Shown in pieces: positions 14,541 through 25,867 of a DNA stretch of 64,000 bases. The stretch's first letter is position 1; every line of letters starts with the position of its first letter. The DNA lies in the NCBI GenBank assembly GCA_030295235.1, contig AP026126.1, positions 744,001 to 808,000 of the forward strand, read 5' to 3'. The stretch is from Fistulifera solaris. Lineage: Eukaryota. The notes beneath the pieces were generated by a model. It saw nothing but the letters and a program-made list of their open reading frames with translations. It ran no database searches and was not told the DNA's origin. The translations under genes and the position numbers were made by a program.

Positions 14541-14548
14541 TGACGTCA
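14541..14548. promoter_or_regulatory. TGACGTCA (CRE/bZIP-type palindrome) upstream of SDR paralog 1
   Basis: Perfect palindrome ~150 bp upstream of the ATG; TGACGT is a known bZIP/aureochrome core in diatoms. A single 8-mer can occur by chance. Confidence 0.25.
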
Positions 14549-14691
14549 TAATTTTATAGCCTACGAGAAGATGGAAACCGACGAAAAGCCGTGCGGTGAT
14601 GATTCACTATTATTTTTCGTCGTCAACCCATCAATACATCAGATCAAACCTCTGTCCTGAACAGGCTACAATGTATTCAAGCCAAATTAAC

Positions 14692-15885
14692 ATGAAATTA
14701 CTATTCTGTATTCTTTTCGCCGCCTTTTCGTTTCAAGCGCAGGCTTTTTCAGTAACCCGTCGGCAGGCATTGGCCACGGCAGCGGCGACTGCCGTCGGAA
14801 CTGTTTTGTGGCAACCACAAAATGCACAAGCCGTCAACGGATTGTACACACCAGCACCACAAAGCCTGATAGGACAGACGATTGTGATCACTGGAGGAAC
14901 CACCGGTTTGGGATTGGAATCGGCCAAGCGTCTCGCAATAGGCGGAGCGAACATCATCTTGACGGCTCGAACAACTACCAAAGGAGAAAAGGCCGTATCG
15001 GAAGTACAGCAATATCTACGAGATAATGGCATTGACAACCCGATGGTTTCCTACAAAGTCTTAAATCTCGATGACCTATCAGCGGTGAAAAAGGTACCCG
15101 AATCATGGAATGATGTCAAGAAAATTGATGTGTTAATGAACAACGCAGGCGTCATGGCGATTCCCGACCGGCAACTCACGGTCGATGGGTATGAGCGACA
15201 AATTCAAACCAATCATCTGGGGCACTTTGTATTGACAGCTCTTCTGCAACCGAAACTCGCCTCCGATGCGCGAATCGTGAATGTTTCGAGCCAGGCCTAT
15301 CAATTTGCTTCCAAAATGCGGTCCGACGAGTCTCTCTGGGAACCACAGCCCAACGACTACTCGCCTTGGGTACAGTATGGTCAAACAAAGCTGGCCAATA
15401 TTTTGTTCACCGAAGAGTTACAACGACGAAGCGAAGTGGCCGGGAAACAGTGGACGGTGGTGAGTCTTCACCCCGGTGCTGTTGCAACAGGTAGGTTTCA
15501 TGTGCATTTTGATCGCTGCTACAATCACTTCATCTTTTCGATGGGTAGTTAATGCCTTGGTTAACACTTATCGAACTCCGCAGACTTGGGTAGATTCATT
15601 GCTGGCGAAGAGAAATGGCAGCAACTGAAAGAAGGAAAGGGGACATTTTGGGAAACATTTTTCTCGAAGGCTATCTCCAAATTCATCTTAACAGTACCCG
15701 AAGGAGCCACAACACAGGTTTTCCTCGCTGCTCGCGCTGACAAGGAATCGAATCTGAATGTGAAAGGTCAGTTCCTTGACAAATGTGCAGTACAAAAGCT
15801 TCCTCAATTCGCCACAGATCCAGTTGCCGCCGAAAAGCTATGGAAAGAAAGTGAGGAAAAGGCAGGTATTACCTTCGCATTATAA
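14692..15885 (+). CDS. Short-chain dehydrogenase/reductase (retinol-DH/POR-like classical SDR), plastid-targeted, paralog 1; intron 15491..15583
   Basis: TGGTTGLG, NNAGVM, NHLGHF, YGQTKLAN, LHPGAVAT|DLGR; presequence MKLLF...AQAF-SVTRRQAL...NAQA. Confidence 0.9.
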
Positions 15886-16791
15886 AGTTGAGTAAATTGT
15901 AGAGTTATAGGGTATAAAGTCGAGCGCTTTTTGCTTGCAGCTAGCACAACGCCAGAATCATCAAAGCGTTATTTGCTGAGGTAGATGAAAATGTTGACTA
16001 CCCTTTGCCGTCATGGTGGTTCGCCACTCGAACAGAAAAGCATTTGCAGTTTGAGGGGGTCTCCACGAGCAATTTGTATTCACAATGATATTCATCAACC
16101 CTCCGGCCTTCTTGTATTCTTGAAGCATTTTCGTCACTATATCAAAAGTGCTCGCGCAAAAGACATGACGCCCACGTCACGTAGAAAGCCCATAATCAGC
16201 ATACGTTGTTTTCACCTAATGTTACACGTCGGTGTCGGTGGTCAATTTTTCGAGGCGAAGTCCATTGTGCGCACCCTTGTGAACCTTGCCAGTACCAGTA
16301 CCTGGTAAAACAGAGAAGCGCCGCGCGTTGTCGCCGCACGTAAACGTAAACCGTGTACTCAGAGTACTAACCTCTCCGTGAAGGTGTTCCAGTCCCGTAA
16401 GGCACAGAATCCTTTTTAGTCACGAGCTCGAAGGTGGATCCATCTGTCCTTGCATCCTCTACGACGTTTTACTACGTACTACTTTGTAGACTGCGACGTG
16501 GACCAATACATGGTACCCGAGTACCGATCCGAAGCAAAGTTCTTTTTGGAGGTAGTGTCCGCCTACCTGGTGCAGTACCGGTACGGTACCTTTTAGCCCA
16601 AAAATGCAGGGGTGTGTTGTTTTTCCCGATCCAGAGGCCGCAAACGCAAAGATCACGAAATGGATGCAACAACAATAATTCACAGATGCGAGGAAAGTGA
16701 TTGCTACGAAGTGAGCGTCGGATTTTTATCCATTCTTACCAATGACTATATAACTACTTTCCCTGCTCTTTCTTCGCGAACGAATCCAAAA

Positions 16792-17883
16792 TTAGGCCTG
16801 AGCGATATCCTGCTTACTTTCAGCATTGTGGACAAAGCGGAAGTTGCAGTCATGGACGTTCGCGAAGTTGGCCGATCCACTGTTCTTCAACTTTTGGCAA
16901 AGCGCCTTCTCGAAGGCACCGTGCATGAACGCCAACTTTTCGTCCGAAACAGTAGCCTTGAGCGCATCATCGTCGTTGGGGCAGAGACGGCAATCGGGCT
17001 GCATAATGGGAGTGACACGAGCGACCAACAACTTGGTTTCACTGATGGCCATGACATCGTCATCGTTGGGGCACAAGCGGCAATCGGGCTGTGCCAAATG
17101 GTTGGGCATGTCGATGTCAGCCACGCTGTTGAAGTTTCCAAGCCCATATCCGACCGACGAGAAAGCCTCGTTGTACGCCAAGACGACACTCTGATCGACC
17201 AAGTTCATGTCGCTCTCGGAAAGCTCGTGAAGGGTTCCGCGAAAGATGACCTGCGCTTCGGTGTTCTTGCTTAGCTTGTCCTGCATCGGCAAACTGACAT
17301 GGGGCTGACCGGGCATATCCAAGAATGAGAAAGAGCAAGCATGGGCATGCGCAAAGTTGGCAGAACCCGACTGGCGCAAGAGAGCGCAGAACTCGTCTTC
17401 GAAGCTGACATGGAACGCTTTGAGCTCCTGGGTGCTCTTGAAAGCAGCCACAACATCGTCATCGTTGGGGCACAAACGACAATCCGGTTGCGTCCAACCG
17501 ACCTGGACGTAACCGAGAATCATCTGTCCGTTGAGCTTGGTTCCCTTGAGGACCATCGTATCGTCGTCGTTGGGGCACAGGCGGCAGTCCGGCTGATTCA
17601 AACCGACAAAGTCCGGCACGGCAGCAGCGGACTCGGCTTTGAAGATGTCCATGGTGTACCCGGCGGTGTCGTAGACTTTGTTGTAGGCGGTTTTGATTGC
17701 CTTGCCGATGAGGACCATGTCATCGGACGTAGCTTCATGCTTCATACCATGAACGACAACACGGACGTCGGCATTATTGGTCTTCTTGACACCGAGGAGC
17801 TGGTTGGCAGCAGCGCGGAGGTTGAAATCGACCGTGGCGCTGCCGAAGAGAAAGGAGGTCAATGCGAGGGAAGTGAACTTCAT
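16792..17883 (-). CDS. Secreted two-domain protein with four QPDCRLCPNDDD repeats, function unknown
   Basis: 363-aa ORF from MKFTSLALTSFLFGSA (signal peptide), internal duplication of ~165 aa and strong C-ending codon bias. Confidence 0.85.
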   Translation of the reverse strand: MKFTSLALTSFLFGSATVDFNLRAAANQLLGVKKTNNADVRVVVHGMKHEATSDDMVLIGKAIKTAYNKVYDTAGYTMDIFKAESAAAVPDFVGLNQPDCRLCPNDDDTMVLKGTKLNGQMILGYVQVGWTQPDCRLCPNDDDVVAAFKSTQELKAFHVSFEDEFCALLRQSGSANFAHAHACSFSFLDMPGQPHVSLPMQDKLSKNTEAQVIFRGTLHELSESDMNLVDQSVVLAYNEAFSSVGYGLGNFNSVADIDMPNHLAQPDCRLCPNDDDVMAISETKLLVARVTPIMQPDCRLCPNDDDALKATVSDEKLAFMHGAFEKALCQKLKNSGSANFANVHDCNFRFVHNAESKQDIAQA

Positions 17884-18569
17884 CGTTGAATGAGAGAAAG
17901 AGCTTGAGAGACTGCGTTCACAGTTTTGGGAAGCGATTGCAAATTGTGAGCTCAAACCGAGGAGAATGAAACGAGTTTGTTTTCATTATGCCCGTGGAAA
18001 AGTCTTGGGTCATTATTCAGAGAGGTCCCGTATGATGATTTGCCTATAAGTATGTACAATCTGTGATCAACAAAAATATAGAGAGGGAAGTCGGAATAGA
18101 TCGATCCACGTAAATCGATCTGATTGGACATAAAATTTGGATTTGCTAGTGACAACGACTAACGTCATCCGCAATAACGACCAACAGGTTTGCGGGTTTA
18201 TCCACTTTCCTTGAGAATGCGTAATGAGGCTATTCACTCAAGCCTTCGTTTATCAGTTATTCTTTTATTCAATCTTCTTTCTTTGTTCCCGAGATTCTAT
18301 CAACGATTATGATTGAATAAGATTTTCGCAAATTCAAAAGGATGATTGGTCTACTATTTCCTTTATACATTATTATGTTCACGTTTCCCACTATCGAGAT
18401 GGCTCGACAACGGGTACCGGTTCTCGCCAGCACGAAAAACGCTGACCACCTGATCTCTCATCATTTCCACCCCAACACCATCACCATGGGTGCTTTGTTG
18501 CCATCAATGCCCTTTACAATGATGAATCGTTGCTGAATGGAGCCTTTATTTGTGCATTTAGTCGATAAA

Positions 18570-19818
18570 ATGCCCGTAAGTACAAAAGGAGGAAAATTGA
18601 GACGTTGCTTTTTTCTATCTTTGCTCTATGCCGATGCCTTCGCATTCTTGGGCCTTGCCAGTAGTAATCGAGCGTCTTCGCGCCTATGTGCACAACAACA
18701 AGCTACCACGTGTCCATTGATCGGTGAGAAAAAGCCATTCACTCCAGCTCCAGGAAGCTTAGAGGGTCAAACGATTGTGATTACTGGCGGAACTGGAGGG
18801 TTGGGGCTCGAGTCGGCTAAGCGTCTCGCCGTCGGTGGTGCATCCATTATTTTGACAGCACGATCCGTCGAGAAAGCCGAACGAGCCATTTCGGAAGTCA
18901 AGAAGTACACTAGGGAGAAAAATGCCATAAACGAGAAAGTATCATTCAAAATTCTGAATCTAGATGACTTACGAGATGTACGAAATGTTCCGGAGACATG
19001 AAAGGACGTTGATAAAATTGACGCTTTGTTGAATAATGCGGGTATCATGGCGCTCCCGAAATTAGAACTGACAGTTGATGGCTTTGAAAGACAAATGCAA
19101 TCGAATCATCTGGGTCATTTTGCTTTAACGGCATTACTGTCCTCGAAATTTGCACCGGACGCTCGTGTCATCAATGTTTCCAGTAGCGCGCACCAGTTCG
19201 CGCCCAAAGGAATGCTTTCGGGAGATGCACTGTGGAAACCTGACGCTTTCGATTACTCTGGATGGCCTGTCTATGGTCAATCCAAACTTGCGAATATCTT
19301 GTTTACGAAGGAGCTGCAAAGACGATTCGAGTCGGCAGGCAAGGATTGGTACGTATTTTGCACATATCTACCGTGTCCGTTGTCGGACGACTCATGCTTG
19401 GTTGTTTTAGGACTGTCGCGTGTTTGCATCCTGGTGTAGTTGCCACTGGTAAGTATACGTGCTTAACATAGATCGTCCACACGCACACTAATCTTCCATT
19501 CTTGTGACTATGGCAGATCTCGGAAGATACATCATTGGACACGAACGATACGACGAAATGAAGAAAGGAAGTAGAAACGTTGTTGCTACTTTGATGAGCA
19601 ACGCTTTAAGCGCTTTCCTTAAAACACCGGAAGATGGAGCGACGACTCAAATATGGTTAGCCGCACGTCAAGACCAGAAAGCGAACATCAATGTCCGCGG
19701 CGAGTACCTGAGTGATTGCAAAATCCAAGCCTTGGCTGATTATGTGACCGATGCTTCTGCTGCGAAGCAGCTCTGGAAGGAAAGCGAAGAACGGTCTCAA
19801 GTATCTTTTGTCCTGTAG
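18570..19818 (+). CDS. SDR paralog 2; in-frame TGA at 18999..19001; introns 19349..19410 and 19449..19516
   Basis: [40 protein letters not shown]; colinear with paralog 1 and shares its intron position. The TGA aligns to a Trp in paralog 1. Confidence 0.85.
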
Positions 19819-19866
19819 AACCACATAACTTTGTTGTTGTATACATTGAATAGCTTAGCAATTTTT

Positions 19867-20879
19867 TTATGAAGCTTCTGGTATCCGTGGTAGTCCATCC
19901 TGCGGAATCGTGTACCATTTCTGTTGATAGCGACAGCATATGTGCATTACTCTATGAAACGAATCATTTATCTGCCTTCTATCGCCCGGTAGACTTTCGT
20001 CGTCAAATCCACCGACGGCTGGCCATGTCAACTCGGGTTGTTCGTCGTAAACAATGGTCATAGCTCCTCCGCAATTTGGACAAAAATGTCTCTGACCGTG
20101 TGTTGTTGTGCGCGTCAGATCTGGAGGACCGTACCGTCTTGCACCCGCAAATCCACCGTCTTGAATACGAGTCGTCCATTTCATGTCCGTGTTCGAGGCG
20201 GGCATCCACGTCATGAAAGGGCCACCGGAAAACTTTCGACATAAACGACAGTAGCAATGTTGCATTTCAGATGGGATTTCTGCGTCGAGATCGTATTGGA
20301 CAGTCCCACAGGAGCATCGAGCCGATACTTGAAGTCTTTTTCGAAACCTACTGTATAGTCTGCATTGGGAAAGGCAGTTGCCCAACTGACTTTGTCTTGA
20401 TCTTGCCATTGGTGTCGATGGAACCTCCATATGGCCGCCAAGTTATCTGGGATACTCTCGTCCAGCATCGGGCCCATATTGACCAAAATCTGACCCGTCT
20501 GAACGATGCGCGAAGCTAGCTTCGACGAACATTTCCGACATCGAATGCGATCCACCTCACCAACCTCATTACACGTGTCACGGAAAGTGTCTATTTCTCC
20601 CACGATGGAAACCCGGTCGGTGGGGATTGCTAGATAACTAACAAAGGCGGACGTATGATACTTGCGACATTTTGGACAATGGCAATCGGATGCCTTTGTT
20701 TCATGTGTTACAGCCGCGACAGGGAACTCCAAATGTAACTGACCACAGGCACAATCTGACACGATGCGAGGCGAAAAGCCGGTAGTTATCATTGCCGATG
20801 TGTAAAACTTGGGTCTTAGTATCGGCGCTAGAAGAAAAAGAACCAATGAAGCCCTGGCTTTTCTCGGTGAGTCGAGCAT
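19867..20879 (-). CDS. Tandem GFA/CENP-V (Mss4-like zinc) domain protein, one frameshift
   Basis: Two copies of CxCG...CxCxxCRK...CxxC (CACG/CHCPKCRK/CRKC and CSCG/CYCRLCRK/FCPNCG). Confidence 0.85.
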
Positions 20880-21510
20880 CTATTTATCTTTGAAGGACTA
20901 ACATCAATTATAAAAGTATCAATGAAAGTGAATGGTGGATGTTTTTTGGTTCGAATTCTTGATGGCTGCCACCACGAGCGGCGTACTGGCGATCGCGGCT
21001 CTAAGTAGCCGTCTCGAAGTTTGGCCTTCTGATACATTTGAGTAGTAAGTAAAATTAAGTCAGCTTGGATACTTAGGTCGAGAAAGGCCTTCGCAACCTA
21101 AGATCAGTACAGTCGAAGGCGTCAGCCTGTCAGCCTTTCATTGTTTGAAAAGATGATGACTGATGAGAATGATGAGTGATGAATGATGAAAAGAGAAAAG
21201 AACATCATTAGAAACAAGAAATGATTGTTGATTACAATCCAGGTTATACTTTAGTTCACCTTTCTTTCGTCCGAAAAGCAGACTCACAACATATTTGTAA
21301 GATGTTGGCAGTTTGCGGGATATATAAGAACGTGTTAACAGCCTAAATTTCACGCGCCTCTTTCTATAAAGGAATGCAAACCATCTACTACGAGAGAGTA
21401 GAGATGAAACTATGCGGGTAGCTCTATAGGGGGGCAACGTTGAGTATCCAAGTTAAAGATCTAGTAAAGTCGCCATTGCGCCCCTATAGTTATCTATTCT
21501 GGTATTGAAT

Positions 21511-22079
21511 TCAATCAATTCCTTCCATTTTCATCCTTTCGATAGCTGCCACGACATTACCGTCACATTGTTCTAAGGCTCGCAACATGGCCACAAAGCC
21601 CATGTTTGGGGACACCTTTGGTCGAACACTACGAAGAATCTCCATGGCTTCTTCGAGTGTGTTGACCTTTCTTCGAGACAGCAACCAAGCAGCAACCACC
21701 GAAGCCGATCGCGAAATACCAAAGGCGCAGTGAACCAGGCAAGCTCGAGGATAATCTTTTTGGAAAAGGTCAGGATTACTGAGTCAATGATGTTTAATAT
21801 ATCATCCAATCGATTTGAAAGGAATTCTGCTTGAGAGCGATCAGGCAGCTCCCACACTACGCGCTTTTCTATCCGGACTGAGTCGCTTTCAATTTCATTT
21901 AAGCAACGCTGGGCAAAGTCTCTTGATTGGGCCGATTGAAGCACCGAAATCACGGTCCAACTGCGAGCAATAGTTCCGATTTCTTTCAGGGCTTTGAGGC
22001 CCCCCAGCCACAGGCCAGGCAATACTTCCGCCAACTCTGTTGTGTTGTAATCTTCGTTTGTTGAGCGGTTAGTAGACAT
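21511..22079 (-). CDS. Dual-specificity protein phosphatase (frameshift near 21760)
   Basis: EVLPGLWLG; after the frameshift LVHCAFGISRSAS (HCxxGxSRS) and RPKVSPNMGF. Confidence 0.88.
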
Positions 22080-22586
22080 AGTCGATTGATTGCATGCGTA
22101 GAAAAATAAACGAGTAAATTATCGTCGATAGTCGCGTCAGTATCTTCGATCATCGTCGACGCTTTTCTTTACCTGTTACAAGTACTTGCCGGTACAGAAT
22201 TGTCTCGGACGTGCAGAAGTACTGTAAAGTGTTGATTGCGATACAAGCTCCCAGCTCCCAGTACAAGATGCTTCTACGTAGCGTCCACGACGAGGCAGAA
22301 TTTTAACGCCGTTTCCAGTAGATGGAAGATGGACAACTGTGGAGACACGGGAACGCACCTCTGCTTGGTACATTTCTCTACGGGGGCCTACGTGCGTGTA
22401 CACTTTTTCCCGCACCTTGCTAGCTTCGTGACCGACTCATGACTGAGACGAAAATACTGGGTCGTTGCTCGTTGCAAATCTTCGGATCGACACGGACTAT
22501 TGCATGCATTATTATCATTTTTAGGGCCGTATCCTGTTAATATTTCTCACAAATAGCCGAAAAATCGTCTTAACGCTTCCGTTATC

Positions 22587-23498
22587 ATGAAAGCTTTCTG
22601 CACAGCCGTCCTTCTAGCAATTTCGTTATGTGATTATTCTACTGGAGCGTTTGTGCTTCAAGTGAAAAACCGCCGAAGCCTGACGAATCATCAACGACCA
22701 TCATTCGCTCTTTTCACAGCACGTCGCCCTGTGATAGCTGGAAACTGGAAATTGAACCCTAAAACTATTGCGGAGGCATCTCAATTACTTAAGCTTTTGC
22801 ATGCAAACTTCGTTAATCATCGTAATCCAGCTCAACTAGACGTCGAAGTTGTTGTATTCCCTCCTTTTCCGTTCCTTCTGGAGGCTCTCTTGGTGCTGCA
22901 AGGTTCTGGAATTAAGGTCGGGGCGCAGAATGTCGCTCTTCAGACATCAGGAGCATATACTGGCGAAGTTTCCGCTTCTATGGTGAGATCCATCGGTGTT
23001 GACTATGTCATGCTCGGACATTCGGAACGTCGGGCCATCTTTGGTGAGTCGGATGTCGACATCAACAAGAAATTACACCTTTGTCTAGCGGAACCAGGTC
23101 TTGGTGTCATTCTCTGTGTCGGGGAGACAGAAGATGAATACGAGAGCAAGCTACTGGCTAGTGTTTGTGACGTTCAAATCCGAAAAGGTTTGAAAGGAGT
23201 TAGCATCAATGACATCAGTCGCATTATCATCGCCTACGAGCCTGTGTGGGCCATCGGAACAGGGAAAGTTGCAACACCAGAGCAAGCGCAGGTAGCGCAT
23301 ACTGTTATTCGGAAAACTTTAGCTGATATGTATGGATATCAAGCAGCCGATAGTGTTCGAATCCAATACGGGGGCAGTGTGAATCCTGAGAATGTCGATT
23401 CATTGATGAGTATGCCAGATGTTGATGGAGCACTCGTTGGTGGAGCATCACTTACGGCCGACTCGTTCACCAGAATTGTGGATGGAGCTGTACATTAA
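22587..23498 (+). CDS. TPI: Triosephosphate isomerase, plastid-targeted
   Basis: IAGNWK, GHSERR, AYEPVWAIGTG, YGGSV, DGALVGGASL; signal peptide ending STGA-F. Confidence 0.97.
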   Translation: MKAFCTAVLLAISLCDYSTGAFVLQVKNRRSLTNHQRPSFALFTARRPVIAGNWKLNPKTIAEASQLLKLLHANFVNHRNPAQLDVEVVVFPPFPFLLEALLVLQGSGIKVGAQNVALQTSGAYTGEVSASMVRSIGVDYVMLGHSERRAIFGESDVDINKKLHLCLAEPGLGVILCVGETEDEYESKLLASVCDVQIRKGLKGVSINDISRIIIAYEPVWAIGTGKVATPEQAQVAHTVIRKTLADMYGYQAADSVRIQYGGSVNPENVDSLMSMPDVDGALVGGASLTADSFTRIVDGAVH

Positions 23499-23632
23499 CA
23501 CCCGTCTGCTTGCATGCTAATTCAATGAAGTTGAACGACTACCAAGTTGTTCTACGAAGCGAAAATCCGACTTAACTTACAGGTGGCTTTTTTTAGTTTC
23601 TTGTACCTAGGAGCTCACTTACCTTGACATCC

Positions 23633-25434
23633 CTAATTAGCTCTCGCGTCTACCGCTTCTTCAACACCAGTGGTTATCAATCTCTCTCCTTCATTTTCCT
23701 CCTCATCGCTATCCTGAGCATCGTCGCCTTCCGGAATTTGGTATTCCATTGCTATGTCCCAACGAGAGCTAGGAGCTCGTCTACTGACGTATTTGACAAA
23801 ACGCATTGTCCCCGTGTCTCGCAAGACAAGTGACAAAGTGTTATTGTGAGCTGAAACACTCAATAGTTCACTACCATCTTCGTCAGCTGGATTGTATTCC
23901 TCGTCAACTCCCTCTTCTTCGTCTGCTTCGATGTAGCACTCGAAACCCCCAACATTGCCCGACTCCCATGATTCATCTTCTTCGTTCTCAATTGGACTTT
24001 CGACATGATTGTTGTTTCCTTCCACGGCTGTTGGTGTCGTGTTATGCACCGGACTATTCACCACAAAACACATTGTGGCATCCAGCACAGGAGGTTCATC
24101 TTGTCCCAACAACAAGCCATGGTGTGCTACTGTATAATCAAGTCCAGGACGGAATCGTCGCGCTTTACCTCGGTACGCGGTGGGCGGTGGCAAATTGGTC
24201 ACAGCAGCCAGCCAGCGTCCAAATTGTGGCGACTGCAGCACTTCCGATCGTAATTGGGATAACTTGGACCCTACCGTATCTTTAGAATCGGGTCCAGCAA
24301 TGCATTCAAGATAGCGTTGCTTGTGAGGAGGCCCCACCAATTTCCACTCCTCTGTTACGCCCCTGGAGTATGAAGAAGATTTCAAAGCCGCATCTTCGGC
24401 TTTGAGTTCTTCTGCGAAGGAATCACATCCGACCGGAAAAAGTTCTGAAGTTGGACTGCGGACTCGTCTTGAAAAGCATCATTAATCTGTTTGATCTCGG
24501 AAGGTTGAATGTAAGTCGCATCAAGGAACTTTGCTAGGTAGTCGAGATCAACTTTCGTTAAAGAGGCATCAGCTGACGTTTCAACGTCAGTACTTTCGGC
24601 CAAAGACTCGTACGGCCCGTCTCCTGTACTGTCATCATCGTCCTCTCCTTTGACCTGTTTCAACATTTGCAGAGTAGGCATGTGATGATGGTCCATTTGC
24701 GAAGGATCTTTGTAATGATACCAACCCTGCAAACTCAATCTGGGTCTCGATCCAAATACTTCTTGTACGGCATGAAAGGAAACTCCTGGTTCTACTTTGA
24801 ACATTGCTAGATGGTTCCTCAACGGTCTATGAACCTTGGAGGGTATCGCATCGGGTATTTTCTTGGATTCTCCTTCTTTCGACGGATAAAGCTCCAAAGC
24901 CCCGCCTTCATTTTCCGTCCAATCTTCTTCGGTTAAATACAAGATATAGGAAAGACATCGTGTGGTGATGACATCGTCATGACACAACAAGTGACATCCG
25001 GTCGTATGGCAATTGCAAGCACAATCCACCCTATCAGCCAACGTATCGCGCGGCAAATCGGCCACATCTTCCATGAATTGACGCCATTCAGCACTGTAGA
25101 GTAGATCGCGCAACTGCAGAACCGGTCCACTCGACTTTAGGTTGGCCAAATCAATGGATTGATAGAACTTGAACAAATCGCTTTCTTTGAATGTCATGGA
25201 AGAATTCTGCTTGATTTCCTCAACAACTGAATCCAAAAAGACCGTATCGAACAGATGGGGCAAGATGACGTGAGGGTACGGCGTGTTAGACGTATATTCC
25301 GTAGCGAATGTGTTGCGTTGTGATAGGATGGTAGCCGAAATCGGGGCGAGAGGATCTTCTGTTTTCGCTTTCTTCGGTGCTGGCTTGGCTGGGGCTTCGA
25401 CCGCTGGTTCCGATGATGATTCTTGGTTCGTCAT
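23633..25434 (-). CDS. OGFOD1: Prolyl 3,4-dihydroxylase TPA1/OGFOD1 (frameshift near 24400)
   Basis: LLCHDD, SYILYL, GGALEL, SFHAVQEV, RLSLQGW; C-terminal GPPHKQRY, RRFRPGLDYT, NTLSLVLRD. Confidence 0.92.
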
Positions 25435-25867
25435 TTTTGAAGTAGCAAATACCTTAACTTGTTCAGAAAGAGTTTACAGTAATTTCAATCGTAATGCGGA
25501 GGTAACAACGAAAAGATTTTTTCTTTGTTGTTGGTTCGGATCGGCCGCGAAAAAATTGGATGGCTCGTGACAAACGGGACCATGGAGTCATGGGATGGAC
25601 GTCAGTAGATTTCCGTCTGGAAAAAGATGACGCGGTCGTATTAGGGACAATCTGTCCTAATAGAAAACGTCATCTCATAATTTGTGTAATTTTAACGCCT
25701 TCGCTTGTCCTTGCGGTGTTCCTTTCGCTCTGTCGAAGATGCTGCGACGCGAACCTTCTCTCTGCCTTCGAGCAGCGGATCTTCCCTTTTTGCATTCTTT
25801 CCTCGGCATTTCATTTTGGCTTTCGCGGTGACCTTTATCAAAGTTCTCAACAATACAGTTCATCAAT

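Noticed and set aside
16612..17889. Long + strand ORFs (220 and 182 aa) antisense to the CxxC-repeat gene
   Set aside because: Shadow ORFs caused by the strong codon bias of the real minus-strand gene; they only mirror its repeats.
18999..19870. Selenocysteine readthrough in SDR paralog 2
   Set aside because: The aligned residue is Trp, the position is non-catalytic, and the ~50 bp 3' gap shows no SECIS-like stem.
20948..20960. GGTTCGAATTC resembling a tRNA T-loop/B box
   Set aside because: No cloverleaf stems or A box upstream.
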